Positions 38,617-49,348 of a DNA stretch of 64,000 bases are shown one piece after another. Below the pieces are notes generated by a model that ran no database searches, was not told the origin of the DNA, and saw nothing but the letters and a program-made list of their open reading frames with translations. The stretch's first letter is position 1, and every line of letters starts with the position of its first letter. The stretch is from positions 1-64,000 of the forward strand of contig JBHLNS010000003.1 of NCBI GenBank assembly GCA_048941285.1, written 5' to 3'. The position numbers and the translations under genes were made by a program. This stretch comes from Promethearchaeota archaeon. Its GTDB lineage: Archaea; Asgardarchaeota; Lokiarchaeia; Sigyniarchaeales; SOKP01.

Positions 38617-41600
38617 CTAGAATCCCTCTGCACTTCTATACAAAAGATCCGGATAAATTTTTTCAAATTTTTTTGTAAAAATTTTGTGATTCATCCAAAT
38701 CTTGTCCTTATTATTCCATTTAAGATTAATTAGTGGATTATAAGTATCTAAAAATTTTAGACTCCCATAAATTTCTTTTAAGAGATTCATACCATTAACT
38801 AAATCTGTTAAAATAATGTAATATTTGATTTCTAAATACTCAAATAATAAGTTAAATAATTTAAGGAATTCATCAAGCTCGCATTGAGGAAAATATAACT
38901 TAATCATTAAACCGTTTTCAAATTTAATTTCTTTATTAAATCCGTAGATATAAAATTCTCCTGCTATTTCATAAATAAATCCATAATTGAAAAAGTTAAA
39001 AATATTTATAATCGTTTGATTCAATCCTGCTTTCACATTAGGTAAAATTATATAGATTTTATCTTGAAAACCTAAATTCTTTATTGAAATGTAAGGAAAT
39101 ATTAAGTTCTTTTTAAGCAACTCAGAAAAATTTTTGACCATTAAATATTTCTGCGTTCCTAAAAATGACTTTATATCCAATGATTTCCATGAATAAATTT
39201 CAGTTAATGCTTGAAAATAAAAAGAGTAGGGGTTAAATTGATCTGGTATTGATGAAGGGTCAATATTAAATTGATTTAATTTAATCGATTCACGTTGATA
39301 AAGCTGATTAAAAAGTATATTTTGCATATATATTTTAAAATGATTTGAATCATAATTCCAGCCATTAGGCTTTAGGTTGTGATTAAAATTGAGAATTTGA
39401 TAAACACGCTTAATGAAAAATAGGCAATATTCTTTAATTATACGTTTAGTTTTTGTATACCAATTAAGATGTTTCATATTAGGATTACCATGAGGGAAAA
39501 TATATTTAATTAAAAAAGAGTTTGTATGATCAATATTAGTAGGATATTTAATGGATTGAAAAGTATTGATTAGGAGATGTTTAAAATCTATTTCGTCTAC
39601 ATTAGAAGGGTGTATATACAAAAAGAATTGATTTAATTTAAATGCTTGAAAGTTCGGAATAAATTTAATAGATTTAATATAAGTTTTAAAAAAAGGAGCT
39701 TGTTTTAAATCCTTAAACTTTTCTGTGTTAAGAAGACTCACTGTGAGATTTTCATTGAGGGTTCTCAACTCATTTAATCTATTTAGATTGAAATCTGGTT
39801 GCTCATATGAAATACGATTATCTACGGCTTTTATTAGATTGAAAATATTACTTTCTTTTGACCAAAATTTATCTTGAGACGTAAATTTTAGTACTGGCAA
39901 TGATTCAAATGATTCTCCTAAAAGATTTTGTATATAAAGAAAAATTTGTTCAAATAAATCTCTAGTATAGAAAAACTCGCCTTTATCAAAATCATAAAAA
40001 TCTTTAATTAACACAAAAGGTACTAGACCACTTGTAAAATATCTTTTAAAACTGATAAGATCTTTATTAAAAATATTATAAAGAATCGAGGTTAGCATTT
40101 CCTTTTCTTTAATATTCAGAAAATATATAAATAGAATAATATAGGAATCGTTGTTGAAAGAATTTCGTACTCTATCTAATAATACTCTCGGAAAAAATCT
40201 AATGATTTTTTCTAATTGGATATTTACATTAAGTGTATCTTTCAATAGCAGAATTGGATGATATTTAGCAAAAGTACTTGTAATTATTGTCTTAATTAAT
40301 CCGGGTATAATTAAATCTGTTTCAATAAATCTTTTAAATATGGAATCTAGTTTTTGATTTGTGATTTTATATGGCTTAAATTTCTCAAAAGATGCCTTTA
40401 GTTTCTTTTCCTTTGTGTAATAAATTTTTTCTGGAAATTCTTCATTATTAACAATTTCTTTCATTGAATCAAGGTTAAAAATCTTAAGTTTCTTACAAGA
40501 ACTAAAGAAATTAAAAAAATAGTAATATTTCTGTTTTAATACTGTAAATTTTTCAAAATTTCTAAAATAATGGTGAAAAAAATCTCGAAATACTATTTTT
40601 TGAATATCTTTATTTTTGAGATATAAATTCTCTTCAATCGATTGAGATATTTTGTGTCTTTTCATAAATTCTTGTAATTTATTTAAGTTATTAATTTCAG
40701 GATATTGTCTAATTACATTTTCAATTAAATCCAAATATACTAATGTTTGTTGGAGCGTATCCTCTATATAAAAAAATCCAAACTTTTGATTAGTTTCCAA
40801 AAAATCTAATAATTCCTTTCTTAATTTTGGATCTTCATAGAATATATTAAGAGAAGATTTTAAGTTTGAAATTAATAATCTCTCACTTTCAATATAATTT
40901 AACAACTCATCTTTAATAGATTGAAGTGTTTCTACTCTCTGTTCAAATCCGAAACCTGTGAGGCTGGTTTGCCTAGCCCTTTCAAAAATAACCCAATCCA
41001 GCAGATTTAATCTAATCAATCTTTGAGGTTTACCATAATAGCTAGTAAATTTAAGTTCAAGACGATTATCATAATCTTTATGATTTGGATTTATGATCTT
41101 ATTTAGTCCTTTTAGGTATTCTCTAAAATAATTCAAATTTATAAAGTTGTTATACTCTAACCAAATATAACAATCCGTATTGGTAATGTATCCATGCATT
41201 TTTAATTTTTCAATTAATTTCTCCAAGTCTTTTAGATAAATTCTAGGTATTACAACTAAATTAAATACTTCTGTTGAAAAGCCGTTTCTTACAAAAACAG
41301 GATTATGCAAAAATGGGATTTTATCTATGATATTAGAAATATCATTTTGATTTAGAATAGGGTGGAACTTTAGAATCGAGATTAACAAAGCAATATCTAG
41401 TTTGTGAAAATCTACATGAAATGATGGAGAAATTATTGTATACTTGTTAATCCAACGCAGATTTTCACTAAATTTTCTTTTGCTTAAATCAGTGGAAAAA
41501 AGTCCTTCTTCTTTAAACTTTTGAAAATAATCTTCAAATTCGATGTATTTTTTAAATAATTTTACTTGATCAAAAATTTTAATAAGAATTCTAATAGTCT

Positions 41601-42231
41601 CTACAATTTCATCATTATAAAGAGATTTTGAAGTTTTGTAGATAAATTCTTCATAAAGAATATCATAAAAATCATCCATCTTATCATGAATTAAGGAGAT
41701 ATTTCTATAAATAAACTCAAAAAAGAATTGTGTTGGACTTTGGGTATTTTCTGTTGCTTCAAGTTTAAAAAATTTATTCATCTTATCAAATTGAGCTGAT
41801 AAAAACTCATAATTGATAATATTACTTCGAACTAATGTTTTCCATTCATCTATCACCTCCAATTTAAAAAGATCACTTTCTATTATTTCATGAATAACAA
41901 TTTGGATAATCTCTCTTTCTCTTAATTCATATGGGATAAAATTCAAGTAAGCCTCTCTGAGGAGGATAAATTCCAAAAATTTCAAATATTTATCTGAAAT
42001 ATCAATCTGAGTTTGATTATTTAGCAGTGTTCTACTTACACCAAGATTAAAGAAATCCTCTGAATATTCTTTTTGATCAATAGAAATATTAATTGTGACA
42101 TTTGGATTAATTGGAGCTAATCCTAAATAATTTTGAATTTCACTTAATAGGATAATGAATATATTGTTAATATCCTTAACTAAGAGGTCTTTTGGAGTAG
42201 TAATCAAAATATCTAAATTCAGAGTTTTCAT
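38617..42231 (-). CDS. Large protein with repeated Lrp/AsnC-like (HTH + RAM) modules
   Basis: Repeated units FHVDFHKLDIALLI / FIPNFQAFKLNQFFL / YISIKNLGFQDKIYI; N-terminal ILLREAY resembling a degenerate HExxH helix. Confidence 0.55.
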   Translation of the reverse strand: MKTLNLDILITTPKDLLVKDINNIFIILLSEIQNYLGLAPINPNVTINISIDQKEYSEDFFNLGVSRTLLNNQTQIDISDKYLKFLEFILLREAYLNFIPYELREREIIQIVIHEIIESDLFKLEVIDEWKTLVRSNIINYEFLSAQFDKMNKFFKLEATENTQSPTQFFFEFIYRNISLIHDKMDDFYDILYEEFIYKTSKSLYNDEIVETIRILIKIFDQVKLFKKYIEFEDYFQKFKEEGLFSTDLSKRKFSENLRWINKYTIISPSFHVDFHKLDIALLISILKFHPILNQNDISNIIDKIPFLHNPVFVRNGFSTEVFNLVVIPRIYLKDLEKLIEKLKMHGYITNTDCYIWLEYNNFINLNYFREYLKGLNKIINPNHKDYDNRLELKFTSYYGKPQRLIRLNLLDWVIFERARQTSLTGFGFEQRVETLQSIKDELLNYIESERLLISNLKSSLNIFYEDPKLRKELLDFLETNQKFGFFYIEDTLQQTLVYLDLIENVIRQYPEINNLNKLQEFMKRHKISQSIEENLYLKNKDIQKIVFRDFFHHYFRNFEKFTVLKQKYYYFFNFFSSCKKLKIFNLDSMKEIVNNEEFPEKIYYTKEKKLKASFEKFKPYKITNQKLDSIFKRFIETDLIIPGLIKTIITSTFAKYHPILLLKDTLNVNIQLEKIIRFFPRVLLDRVRNSFNNDSYIILFIYFLNIKEKEMLTSILYNIFNKDLISFKRYFTSGLVPFVLIKDFYDFDKGEFFYTRDLFEQIFLYIQNLLGESFESLPVLKFTSQDKFWSKESNIFNLIKAVDNRISYEQPDFNLNRLNELRTLNENLTVSLLNTEKFKDLKQAPFFKTYIKSIKFIPNFQAFKLNQFFLYIHPSNVDEIDFKHLLINTFQSIKYPTNIDHTNSFLIKYIFPHGNPNMKHLNWYTKTKRIIKEYCLFFIKRVYQILNFNHNLKPNGWNYDSNHFKIYMQNILFNQLYQRESIKLNQFNIDPSSIPDQFNPYSFYFQALTEIYSWKSLDIKSFLGTQKYLMVKNFSELLKKNLIFPYISIKNLGFQDKIYIILPNVKAGLNQTIINIFNFFNYGFIYEIAGEFYIYGFNKEIKFENGLMIKLYFPQCELDEFLKLFNLLFEYLEIKYYIILTDLVNGMNLLKEIYGSLKFLDTYNPLINLKWNNKDKIWMNHKIFTKKFEKIYPDLLYRSAEGF

Positions 42232-42549
42232 AAGAATCCTATTATTTTTACCCCTTTTAATAATCTTTAAGTGAAAATAAATAAATACAATTCAATTCTT
42301 AATCCTCGTTAAAATATTACCCATAAAATATTTAAAAGTTTAGCATATTTAAAAGAATTTTTAATAAGAAGATCTTGATAATCCATTATTTTAATCAAAA
42401 AATAATGTCGGGAGAGTGCAGATAATTAGGTTTAATAAATTAATAAATTGTTAACATATTGTTTTTAATAAGTGAAATTCTTTAATTTAATTTAGGATTT
42501 ATATTAACTATAATAGTAAGATTTGGTAAATTAAAAGAGAGTATTAAAA

Positions 42550-43278
42550 TTGTACAAGCTTAAGATAAAAACTTTCATCCATCAAAATATACCTTATTCT
42601 TTTAACTGGAATAAAGAACACCATAAAGAAAAATACTCTCAAATTATTTCTAATCGCGATGAATTAAATAGGCTAAAGGTACATTTTAAAAGAATCTATG
42701 AGGGCGTGATCCCTAATAAACTATTTAATTCAAGAGAATTTCCAAGAGTCTCTCAATTTAAAATCAGAGGGCTTAAATCTTCTTTTATTAGAAGTTACAG
42801 CAAAAATCTAATTAGATCCGGCAAAATCCGATATTATGATGCTGAATCAAAATTACCAAAGTATGCTCAAAAAGTCTTTGAAAATTTTCAAGAAAATGAT
42901 ATTCCGGGAGTCCCTGGTCATGAACCAATTCTAAAAAACATTTTAATCAAGGATAAGGACGCAGTTGCAATAGAGGTTCCGATTTGGAAAAAAGATGAAA
43001 ATTTTGCGATTACTGGCCATATTGATTTAATTCAAATTGAAAATGATATTGTTAAAATAATTGATTATAAACCAGAGGGGAATTTCTTGCTTTCTCTCCC
43101 TCAGGTTGCCATGTATGGGTTTTTAGTTATGTCTAAATTAAACCTTACCAAAGTTAGATGTATTTCTTTTAATAAACGGGGAGCTTGGGAATATGAACCC
43201 AATATTTTAAAAGAAGATATAAAAGAATATTTGATCTCCCAGCATATAGAAAAACGCCCTTGGGAGCACTTTATTTAA
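42550..43278 (+). CDS. PD-(D/E)XK nuclease (RecB/Cas4-like, no Fe-S cysteines)
   Basis: IEVPI...TGHIDL...IIDYK...QVAMY. Confidence 0.85.
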   Translation: MYKLKIKTFIHQNIPYSFNWNKEHHKEKYSQIISNRDELNRLKVHFKRIYEGVIPNKLFNSREFPRVSQFKIRGLKSSFIRSYSKNLIRSGKIRYYDAESKLPKYAQKVFENFQENDIPGVPGHEPILKNILIKDKDAVAIEVPIWKKDENFAITGHIDLIQIENDIVKIIDYKPEGNFLLSLPQVAMYGFLVMSKLNLTKVRCISFNKRGAWEYEPNILKEDIKEYLISQHIEKRPWEHFI

Positions 43279-43296
43279 ATCATTTAATAATTAAAC

Positions 43297-43566
43297 TTAT
43301 TTGCCTTTTGACTTAGAAACTTCCGTCTTTTCCTCTGTTTTCAAATATCCCCGGAGTAGATAATAACATAAAAGGATTGAGATAAGCTCGACAATAATAC
43401 TAACAAATGAAATGATTGGACCATTATATCCTAAATATCTTAAAAAAATGGCACATGCTAAACCACTAGATGCTAAAATCACAAGAAATAATGCTTTAAC
43501 TATCTGTGAAAAGGAACTTATTATATATCCAATTTCTTTTTTAATCCATGATAATACTGAAGCCAT
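43297..43566 (-). CDS. Small two-TM membrane protein
   Basis: Two hydrophobic helices, basic tail. Confidence 0.65.
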   Translation of the reverse strand: MASVLSWIKKEIGYIISSFSQIVKALFLVILASSGLACAIFLRYLGYNGPIISFVSIIVELISILLCYYLLRGYLKTEEKTEVSKSKGK

Positions 43567-43694
43567 AAGAATCCAATATTTGTATCTAATTTTAGTAAAG
43601 TAAGGAAAGAATATTTTAATATGTTTTTTATTTCAAGATTAAATTTCAAAATAATATGTAAAAGAATTTAATCATATTATCTTCTTGAAGAGAA

Positions 43695-46100
43695 CTACTT
43701 TTTACTTTTAAACTTGGTGTACAATGCTTTATCTAGGAACTTTCCAATTTTTATAGCAACCTGATTACCAATTTCATATCTTTCTCCATCGAGTAATTCC
43801 TTCTTTTGTCCAGGAGAAGAAGCAATATTAAGCCTTTTCATTAAAATTTTTTCCGTAATATCAATAACCATTGCTTTAATCTTTCCATAATCAGGTAATT
43901 TAATACCTGGATCAAAATTTTTAATTTTATCTATCGCAAAGTTAAAAAATTCAGAGATTAATTCAATTGGGTCTCCTTTTAATTCACTATGAAGTTTAAT
44001 ATTGTCAGTGGCTATTTTCGTGTCTTTTTCCTGCCAGTATAATTGGTTTGGGTTAATTCCAGGACTATTAATTCTCATAAGAGAACTAGTGATTCTCCGT
44101 TCAATCCAGTTTAAAGTGCTTATTTCTTGAACTTCTCGGATTTTTTTAGCCTTCTCCTCTTTTATTTTCTCTTTAGTTTCAATTATACGTTCAACTTCCG
44201 CTTTACGACTTTCTTCGAATTTTTCAAATCTTTTAATTATATCATATCCAATACAATATGATATTGGAGAGATAATGTCAGATTTTAACTTTAATTCCGC
44301 AACATCTTGATATATTAAACTGACATTATTTCTTAATTCAGAAACTGCTTCTTTTAAAGAGCTTTCCATCACTCTTGCTAATATAAATCCATTAACTAGA
44401 AAAGGTTGGTTGTTGGCATCAAATACAGTAACTAATTCTTCTTGTCTTTTATTTAATCGCTTAATTATCAATTCCTCAAGTTTTATTTTTATCCACTCTT
44501 CTGAATCAGTAGTACCGTCAATTTTTTTTAATGCTAACAAAAATAAAGATCTATCATTGGATACCTTAGAATAAACTTCTATTATCCTACTAAGCTGTCT
44601 TAAAATCTTAGATAAAATATAGAAGAAAATGTCTTTTGCGATTCTGTTTATAATCTCTTCAAATTCTAAAATGAATAATATATGACTGTAATTTTTGAGT
44701 TGTAATTCACCTAAAAAGACTTTATCAATCGCTTGTTTTTTTCTAATGTACTGACGCAAGTTATTAATGTTTATTCCTGCTTTTTCTTCTAAAATTCTTA
44801 ATAAAGTTTGAGTTTTACTTGGATCTTGACTCAATATGTTTAATAAATCGAATTCGGAGATCTCTTCGGATTTATTTATAATTTCATTAATATCTTGGAA
44901 ACACCTCTCAGAAATGGCCTTTTTAGCTAAATATATTAAGTTTTGGTCAGCATCATTTAAAGATACTATATCTAACTTTTCTATATTGTATCTAACCAAA
45001 TTTCTTTTCACTTGGGCTGTAAGATCTTCATCAACATTTAATAGATGTAGAATGTTGAATACACCATATTTTTTTAGAGTATATATTATATCATCAAATC
45101 CACATTCATTTATACATTGTAGGAAGTAGATAAAATCATTCGGCTTTTCTTTAAGCTTTTTAATTAATGTAAATTTTAGAAAATTAAGGATCTTGATTTC
45201 AAACTGGTCATAATCGATTTTTTCCTCAAGGGCGCTTTCAATTTTATATATAAGATCTTTTTTAAGATTATTTGCTTCAATAAATACTTTTAATCCAGGT
45301 ATTGAAATGGGAAATTTGTTAAAATTATAGTCAATGACTTTTCTCTTTATCATTCTTACAGGCATTGCTTCAATTTGCAGTTCTTTATACGATTTAAATT
45401 CAAAATCTGTTCGGATTTTATCTATCAGTCTTTGTAAGGTTGCTAGTTCTATGAATTTATCTTCCTTTTCTTCCAATTCCAGTTTTTTCTCTAATTCAAC
45501 AGATATATCTCTAAAAGCAGCAGATTCTTCTAATATTTCTCTTTTAACTTCATTACCGAGACCTATTAAATCACCTATTAAATCATAAAAGTAGAATTGG
45601 GGATAATTTAATATGATTTCTTGCAGTTCCCTTTCAAAGTAATCTTCAAGATCTTTCAACATTCTTTGCTTTTGAATATCTTGGATTTCTTCCTTTCTTT
45701 CTGCGATCAAAAAAGAAATAAATCGATTTTCTAAGTCATTTATTTTGTTTAGAAGATTAATTTCTAAACTTAAGGAATTCTTTAATAGTGAATTAACCTC
45801 ATCTATAATAATTTCTTTTTCATTGAGTTCTAAACTTTTAGTTGAGTCGTATGTAAATTTATCCTTATCTGTAAGCTTCTGAACTCGGATTCCTAAACTG
45901 TGATAAATATGAATACTAGCAGTAGCAATCAGTAAATCATTAAAGCTAGTTTTCTGACTAACAAGCTCAAAGATTTTATTTTTGTCAGCTTCCCTTTTAA
46001 AATGTGAAATTATTAAATCAACGGTTTGAAAAAATCTAAATGTACTTTCAACTGCATCTTTTTTCCTTTTAACACCACTAATCATAATTCCTTCACCCAT
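43695..46100 (-). CDS. Large helical/coiled-coil hypothetical protein
   Basis: About 800 aa, E/K/L/I rich; probable start ATG overlapping upstream stop near 46085. Confidence 0.75.
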   Translation of the reverse strand: MGEGIMISGVKRKKDAVESTFRFFQTVDLIISHFKREADKNKIFELVSQKTSFNDLLIATASIHIYHSLGIRVQKLTDKDKFTYDSTKSLELNEKEIIIDEVNSLLKNSLSLEINLLNKINDLENRFISFLIAERKEEIQDIQKQRMLKDLEDYFERELQEIILNYPQFYFYDLIGDLIGLGNEVKREILEESAAFRDISVELEKKLELEEKEDKFIELATLQRLIDKIRTDFEFKSYKELQIEAMPVRMIKRKVIDYNFNKFPISIPGLKVFIEANNLKKDLIYKIESALEEKIDYDQFEIKILNFLKFTLIKKLKEKPNDFIYFLQCINECGFDDIIYTLKKYGVFNILHLLNVDEDLTAQVKRNLVRYNIEKLDIVSLNDADQNLIYLAKKAISERCFQDINEIINKSEEISEFDLLNILSQDPSKTQTLLRILEEKAGININNLRQYIRKKQAIDKVFLGELQLKNYSHILFILEFEEIINRIAKDIFFYILSKILRQLSRIIEVYSKVSNDRSLFLLALKKIDGTTDSEEWIKIKLEELIIKRLNKRQEELVTVFDANNQPFLVNGFILARVMESSLKEAVSELRNNVSLIYQDVAELKLKSDIISPISYCIGYDIIKRFEKFEESRKAEVERIIETKEKIKEEKAKKIREVQEISTLNWIERRITSSLMRINSPGINPNQLYWQEKDTKIATDNIKLHSELKGDPIELISEFFNFAIDKIKNFDPGIKLPDYGKIKAMVIDITEKILMKRLNIASSPGQKKELLDGERYEIGNQVAIKIGKFLDKALYTKFKSKK

Positions 46101-48388
46101 TCCCTATATACTTCCTTAAAATTATCTGACAACTCGAACCGAGCATTATTATGCCAGAATCTGAAATCTAGCACATGATAAAGATCACTATTAAATAATT
46201 CTTTTTCTTCATTTGTTAAAATATGTTTTAAAATTACTGTTAACGGTCTCGGTACTAATTTTGAAAAATATTTAAGTTCTGTATTTTTTATATAATCATA
46301 ATACGTCTCATTCTCATCCAGATTTAAAAAGTTTAAAGGTAAAATATTTTCTGGTTGAGAATTTAGATTATTTAGATCATTTTTTATATTACTTTTCACA
46401 TAATTCGGAAATTCGGTATTAATATCAATACTCAGTTCATAATTTTTATAAAATTCAAACAACAAATTTCTCTCTTCTGGATTGGTTAGCTTTGCGATAT
46501 ATGTATCTAAAAAATTTAAGAAATTTTCGATTTTTTGCTCATTAGATTCTCTTTCTTCAAAATATCCTATAAAATCATAATAAACTTCGTCTAATGTCCA
46601 TGCCCTTTGTTCTTCTGGTCTTAGATACTTTTTAGAATAATCAATGATCCAATTTAGAACATAAAATTTCCATTCTAGATTGATTCCACCTATTCTCTTT
46701 TCTAAAAACCTGTGAAACCTATTTGAAAAGCTAACGGGGTCGCTAATTTCTTTATCAGGTTCTTCTTTTATATAGCGATTTATTGTAGAATGCCTTAAAA
46801 CGTAACTTAACAAATAATTTAATTCGGTTGAAAATTTCTTAAATTTTTCAATATGATTTTTTATGCTATGTATTTTAGATTCCATTTGAATTTCCGCAAA
46901 AGAGATTAAATCTTCTATTTTCAGATCAATATCATTAAAAAATGTATCAATACTCTTGTTAACTAGGAAATTAAACTCTTTTATTAGTTCGCTCTCATTA
47001 AATTTAAGATTTCTATTTAAAAGAAGTGGATGAGTTTCAATTTGGTTAAACAGAAATATCTTAAACTTATTTATTAGCTTTTGTCCTAGATTTTTTGCTG
47101 GTTTTTGTTCTAGGTTAAATTTTTCAAAGATTTTAATCATTAAATCTATTATTAGAGTTTTCAATCGTCGATATGAAAGATATCTTGGAAGAGATACTCT
47201 GATTAGATTAAGGCCTTTATTTATAATTTCTGAAAAGTAGCTAAAAACTGAGCTTAATTCTACTATTCTTAGACTCACTTTTTGAGTCATTGACTGCTTT
47301 ATAAACTTTTTTGCTATTTTCCAGATCGGATAAAAATCTATGCTTTCTAATTTTCCTTTATTCAATATAAAGTATTCAAATTTGTTTAATAAATCATCAA
47401 GATCCCCCATTTCCCCTGTGCTAAGAAAATTTTTAGAGTATTCTAGGAATTTATTTAAATGTGTCTCTAGATCAATTAAAAATGAATTTACATTAGAAAC
47501 AAACCATTCTGCCGTATGTGGTTCATTTATATTTTTTATTTTTAGTGTAATGTAATTAACTATGAATATAATTATTTCATCCAGAGATTCATCTATAGTA
47601 CCAGTATTTGCCAAATTGATTAGATTAGTTCCTAAATTTAATGTCTTATCAACAATAAAATTAACACTTGGCTCTGATATTGAGAATTTAAGATGCTCGA
47701 TTGCCTGTTGGCCACTGAAAGAAGTTTTTATTTTTTGAAATTTTGAATTATACAAATTAATTTCCATAGGCTTTTTATACCATATAAACTCAACATCAGA
47801 TACAATTCTAGCATAGGTGTTTAACAATTCTTCTTCAGTTGGTAAAGTTTTACTTATGCCAATTAACTTCTTGTTCCATTTGTCTTCAACTAGTTCTCCA
47901 TAAAGTTTCTTATTAAATCTCGAAGCAAAGTTATTATATATCTGTTTTTTATTTTCTTTATTTAATTCTGGACGATCAGAAAATTCTTCTACTTCAAAAA
48001 AAAGTTTACTTATATTATTCAAAGATTCTCTCGATTTGTGCATATCTAAAACACCAGTCTCTGGTTTCAAAGCAAGTAATAGACTTTCACAATCTTTATA
48101 TCCACCCGGCATGAAAATCATTGATTGTGGGTAAATATTTATCCGAGCACTCTTTTCATCAACATTGTATAAATCAAACTCAATACTGAATACTTCTGAC
48201 CCTGTATAATCTCTTAAAATTGCATTATACATAGTTAAATATTTAATAACTTCTTGAGATAGTTCATTTACTTTTTCTCTTGTAAGTCTTCCAGGACCAA
48301 TTACATCTCCAACAATCACATCATTTGGAGAAGAATAACCAAATATCAGAGAATACTGATAACTTATAAATTCGCGTGTTGTTATCAT
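46082..48388 (-). CDS. Large hypothetical protein
   Basis: 768 aa; alpha/beta N-terminal region then helical; coupled to downstream gene. Confidence 0.75.
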   Translation of the reverse strand: MITTREFISYQYSLIFGYSSPNDVIVGDVIGPGRLTREKVNELSQEVIKYLTMYNAILRDYTGSEVFSIEFDLYNVDEKSARINIYPQSMIFMPGGYKDCESLLLALKPETGVLDMHKSRESLNNISKLFFEVEEFSDRPELNKENKKQIYNNFASRFNKKLYGELVEDKWNKKLIGISKTLPTEEELLNTYARIVSDVEFIWYKKPMEINLYNSKFQKIKTSFSGQQAIEHLKFSISEPSVNFIVDKTLNLGTNLINLANTGTIDESLDEIIIFIVNYITLKIKNINEPHTAEWFVSNVNSFLIDLETHLNKFLEYSKNFLSTGEMGDLDDLLNKFEYFILNKGKLESIDFYPIWKIAKKFIKQSMTQKVSLRIVELSSVFSYFSEIINKGLNLIRVSLPRYLSYRRLKTLIIDLMIKIFEKFNLEQKPAKNLGQKLINKFKIFLFNQIETHPLLLNRNLKFNESELIKEFNFLVNKSIDTFFNDIDLKIEDLISFAEIQMESKIHSIKNHIEKFKKFSTELNYLLSYVLRHSTINRYIKEEPDKEISDPVSFSNRFHRFLEKRIGGINLEWKFYVLNWIIDYSKKYLRPEEQRAWTLDEVYYDFIGYFEERESNEQKIENFLNFLDTYIAKLTNPEERNLLFEFYKNYELSIDINTEFPNYVKSNIKNDLNNLNSQPENILPLNFLNLDENETYYDYIKNTELKYFSKLVPRPLTVILKHILTNEEKELFNSDLYHVLDFRFWHNNARFELSDNFKEVYREWVKEL

Positions 48389-48806
48389 AATCTAATTTCA
48401 TTCACTTATATAATTGTTAAATTAATCAATTCAAAGGATAATTAACCTAGCTATAAACCTTTAAACTAAATTTATTGCCATGTTAAATATTTTAAGTTTA
48501 TAAAGTAATAAAATTTATTTTTGAATACTAAATAAAGTACGCGTTTAAAAATATTATAGAAGAAATAAGACATTTTTCTAATTAGTTATTCAATCTTTTT
48601 TTTTTAAACTAACCTAAATTCGATCTATGATTAAAAGAACAAGAGTGCTGAATCACATAATCCATAATTATGATGGCTCTCCAAGTTTTAGGTAATGATG
48701 CTCATAATTAAATAAAACTTTTAGTTTCGAAAATAAAAATATAATAAGATAAAAATTATTATATTTATAATAATAATAAAATCTAAAGCACAAAAGGTGT
48801 GGAGAT

Positions 48807-49211
48807 ATTCAATTTGGGTCTGACTTAGGAATCAACCAAGATGATATCGAAAAAATTAGTCCTCAAATTACTTTTATAACTTCAAATGCAGATATTGAGG
48901 CCATTGCCCTTGTATCTCAAGAAGGTTATCAAATAGCATTTAGTGCATTACCACAATATCATGTTGATGGAGATCAATTTTGTGGGCTCTCAAGTGCCTT
49001 ATTAATGACTGGAAGATCAACTATTCAGACATTATTTCAAGAAGATTTGAGTGAAATTATAGTTCGAGCACAAGATGGTTATATAGTGATTACAAATGCA
49101 GGTAGATTAGTAATTGTGTGTGCAGGAACTATTATTGATACTTTAATGAAAACTGTGAAAGTTATGAGGATTGCTGCTAAAAATCTTTATAAAATTTTCG
49201 AAGATCGCTGA
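48807..49211 (+). CDS. Roadblock/LC7 domain protein (N-terminus longer than ORF track; start uncertain)
   Basis: Frame open upstream of ATG 49005: DIEAIALVSQEGYQIA...DQFCGLSSALLMTG...LSEIIVRAQDGYIVITNAG; SD-like GGTGTGGAG near 48796. Confidence 0.85.
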   Translation: MQFGSDLGINQDDIEKISPQITFITSNADIEAIALVSQEGYQIAFSALPQYHVDGDQFCGLSSALLMTGRSTIQTLFQEDLSEIIVRAQDGYIVITNAGRLVIVCAGTIIDTLMKTVKVMRIAAKNLYKIFEDR

Positions 49212-49348
49212 TTTAATTTACTTTTTCAATAATTTAGCAGATTTTTCTAATATTATAATTCTCTAGACGTTTGAAAATCTTATTGGCCAAGAAAATCTTA
49301 AAATTAAAGCATCTTTTAATAATTAAAATTATTTTAATATGATCATTT

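Noticed and set aside
34665-43278. Integrated mobile element at tRNA-Arg
   Set aside because: Region lies at the tRNA 5' side; no integrase, transposase or duplicated tRNA end seen
42550-43278. Cas4 / CRISPR-Cas locus
   Set aside because: No Fe-S cysteines, no other cas genes and no repeat-spacer array in the window
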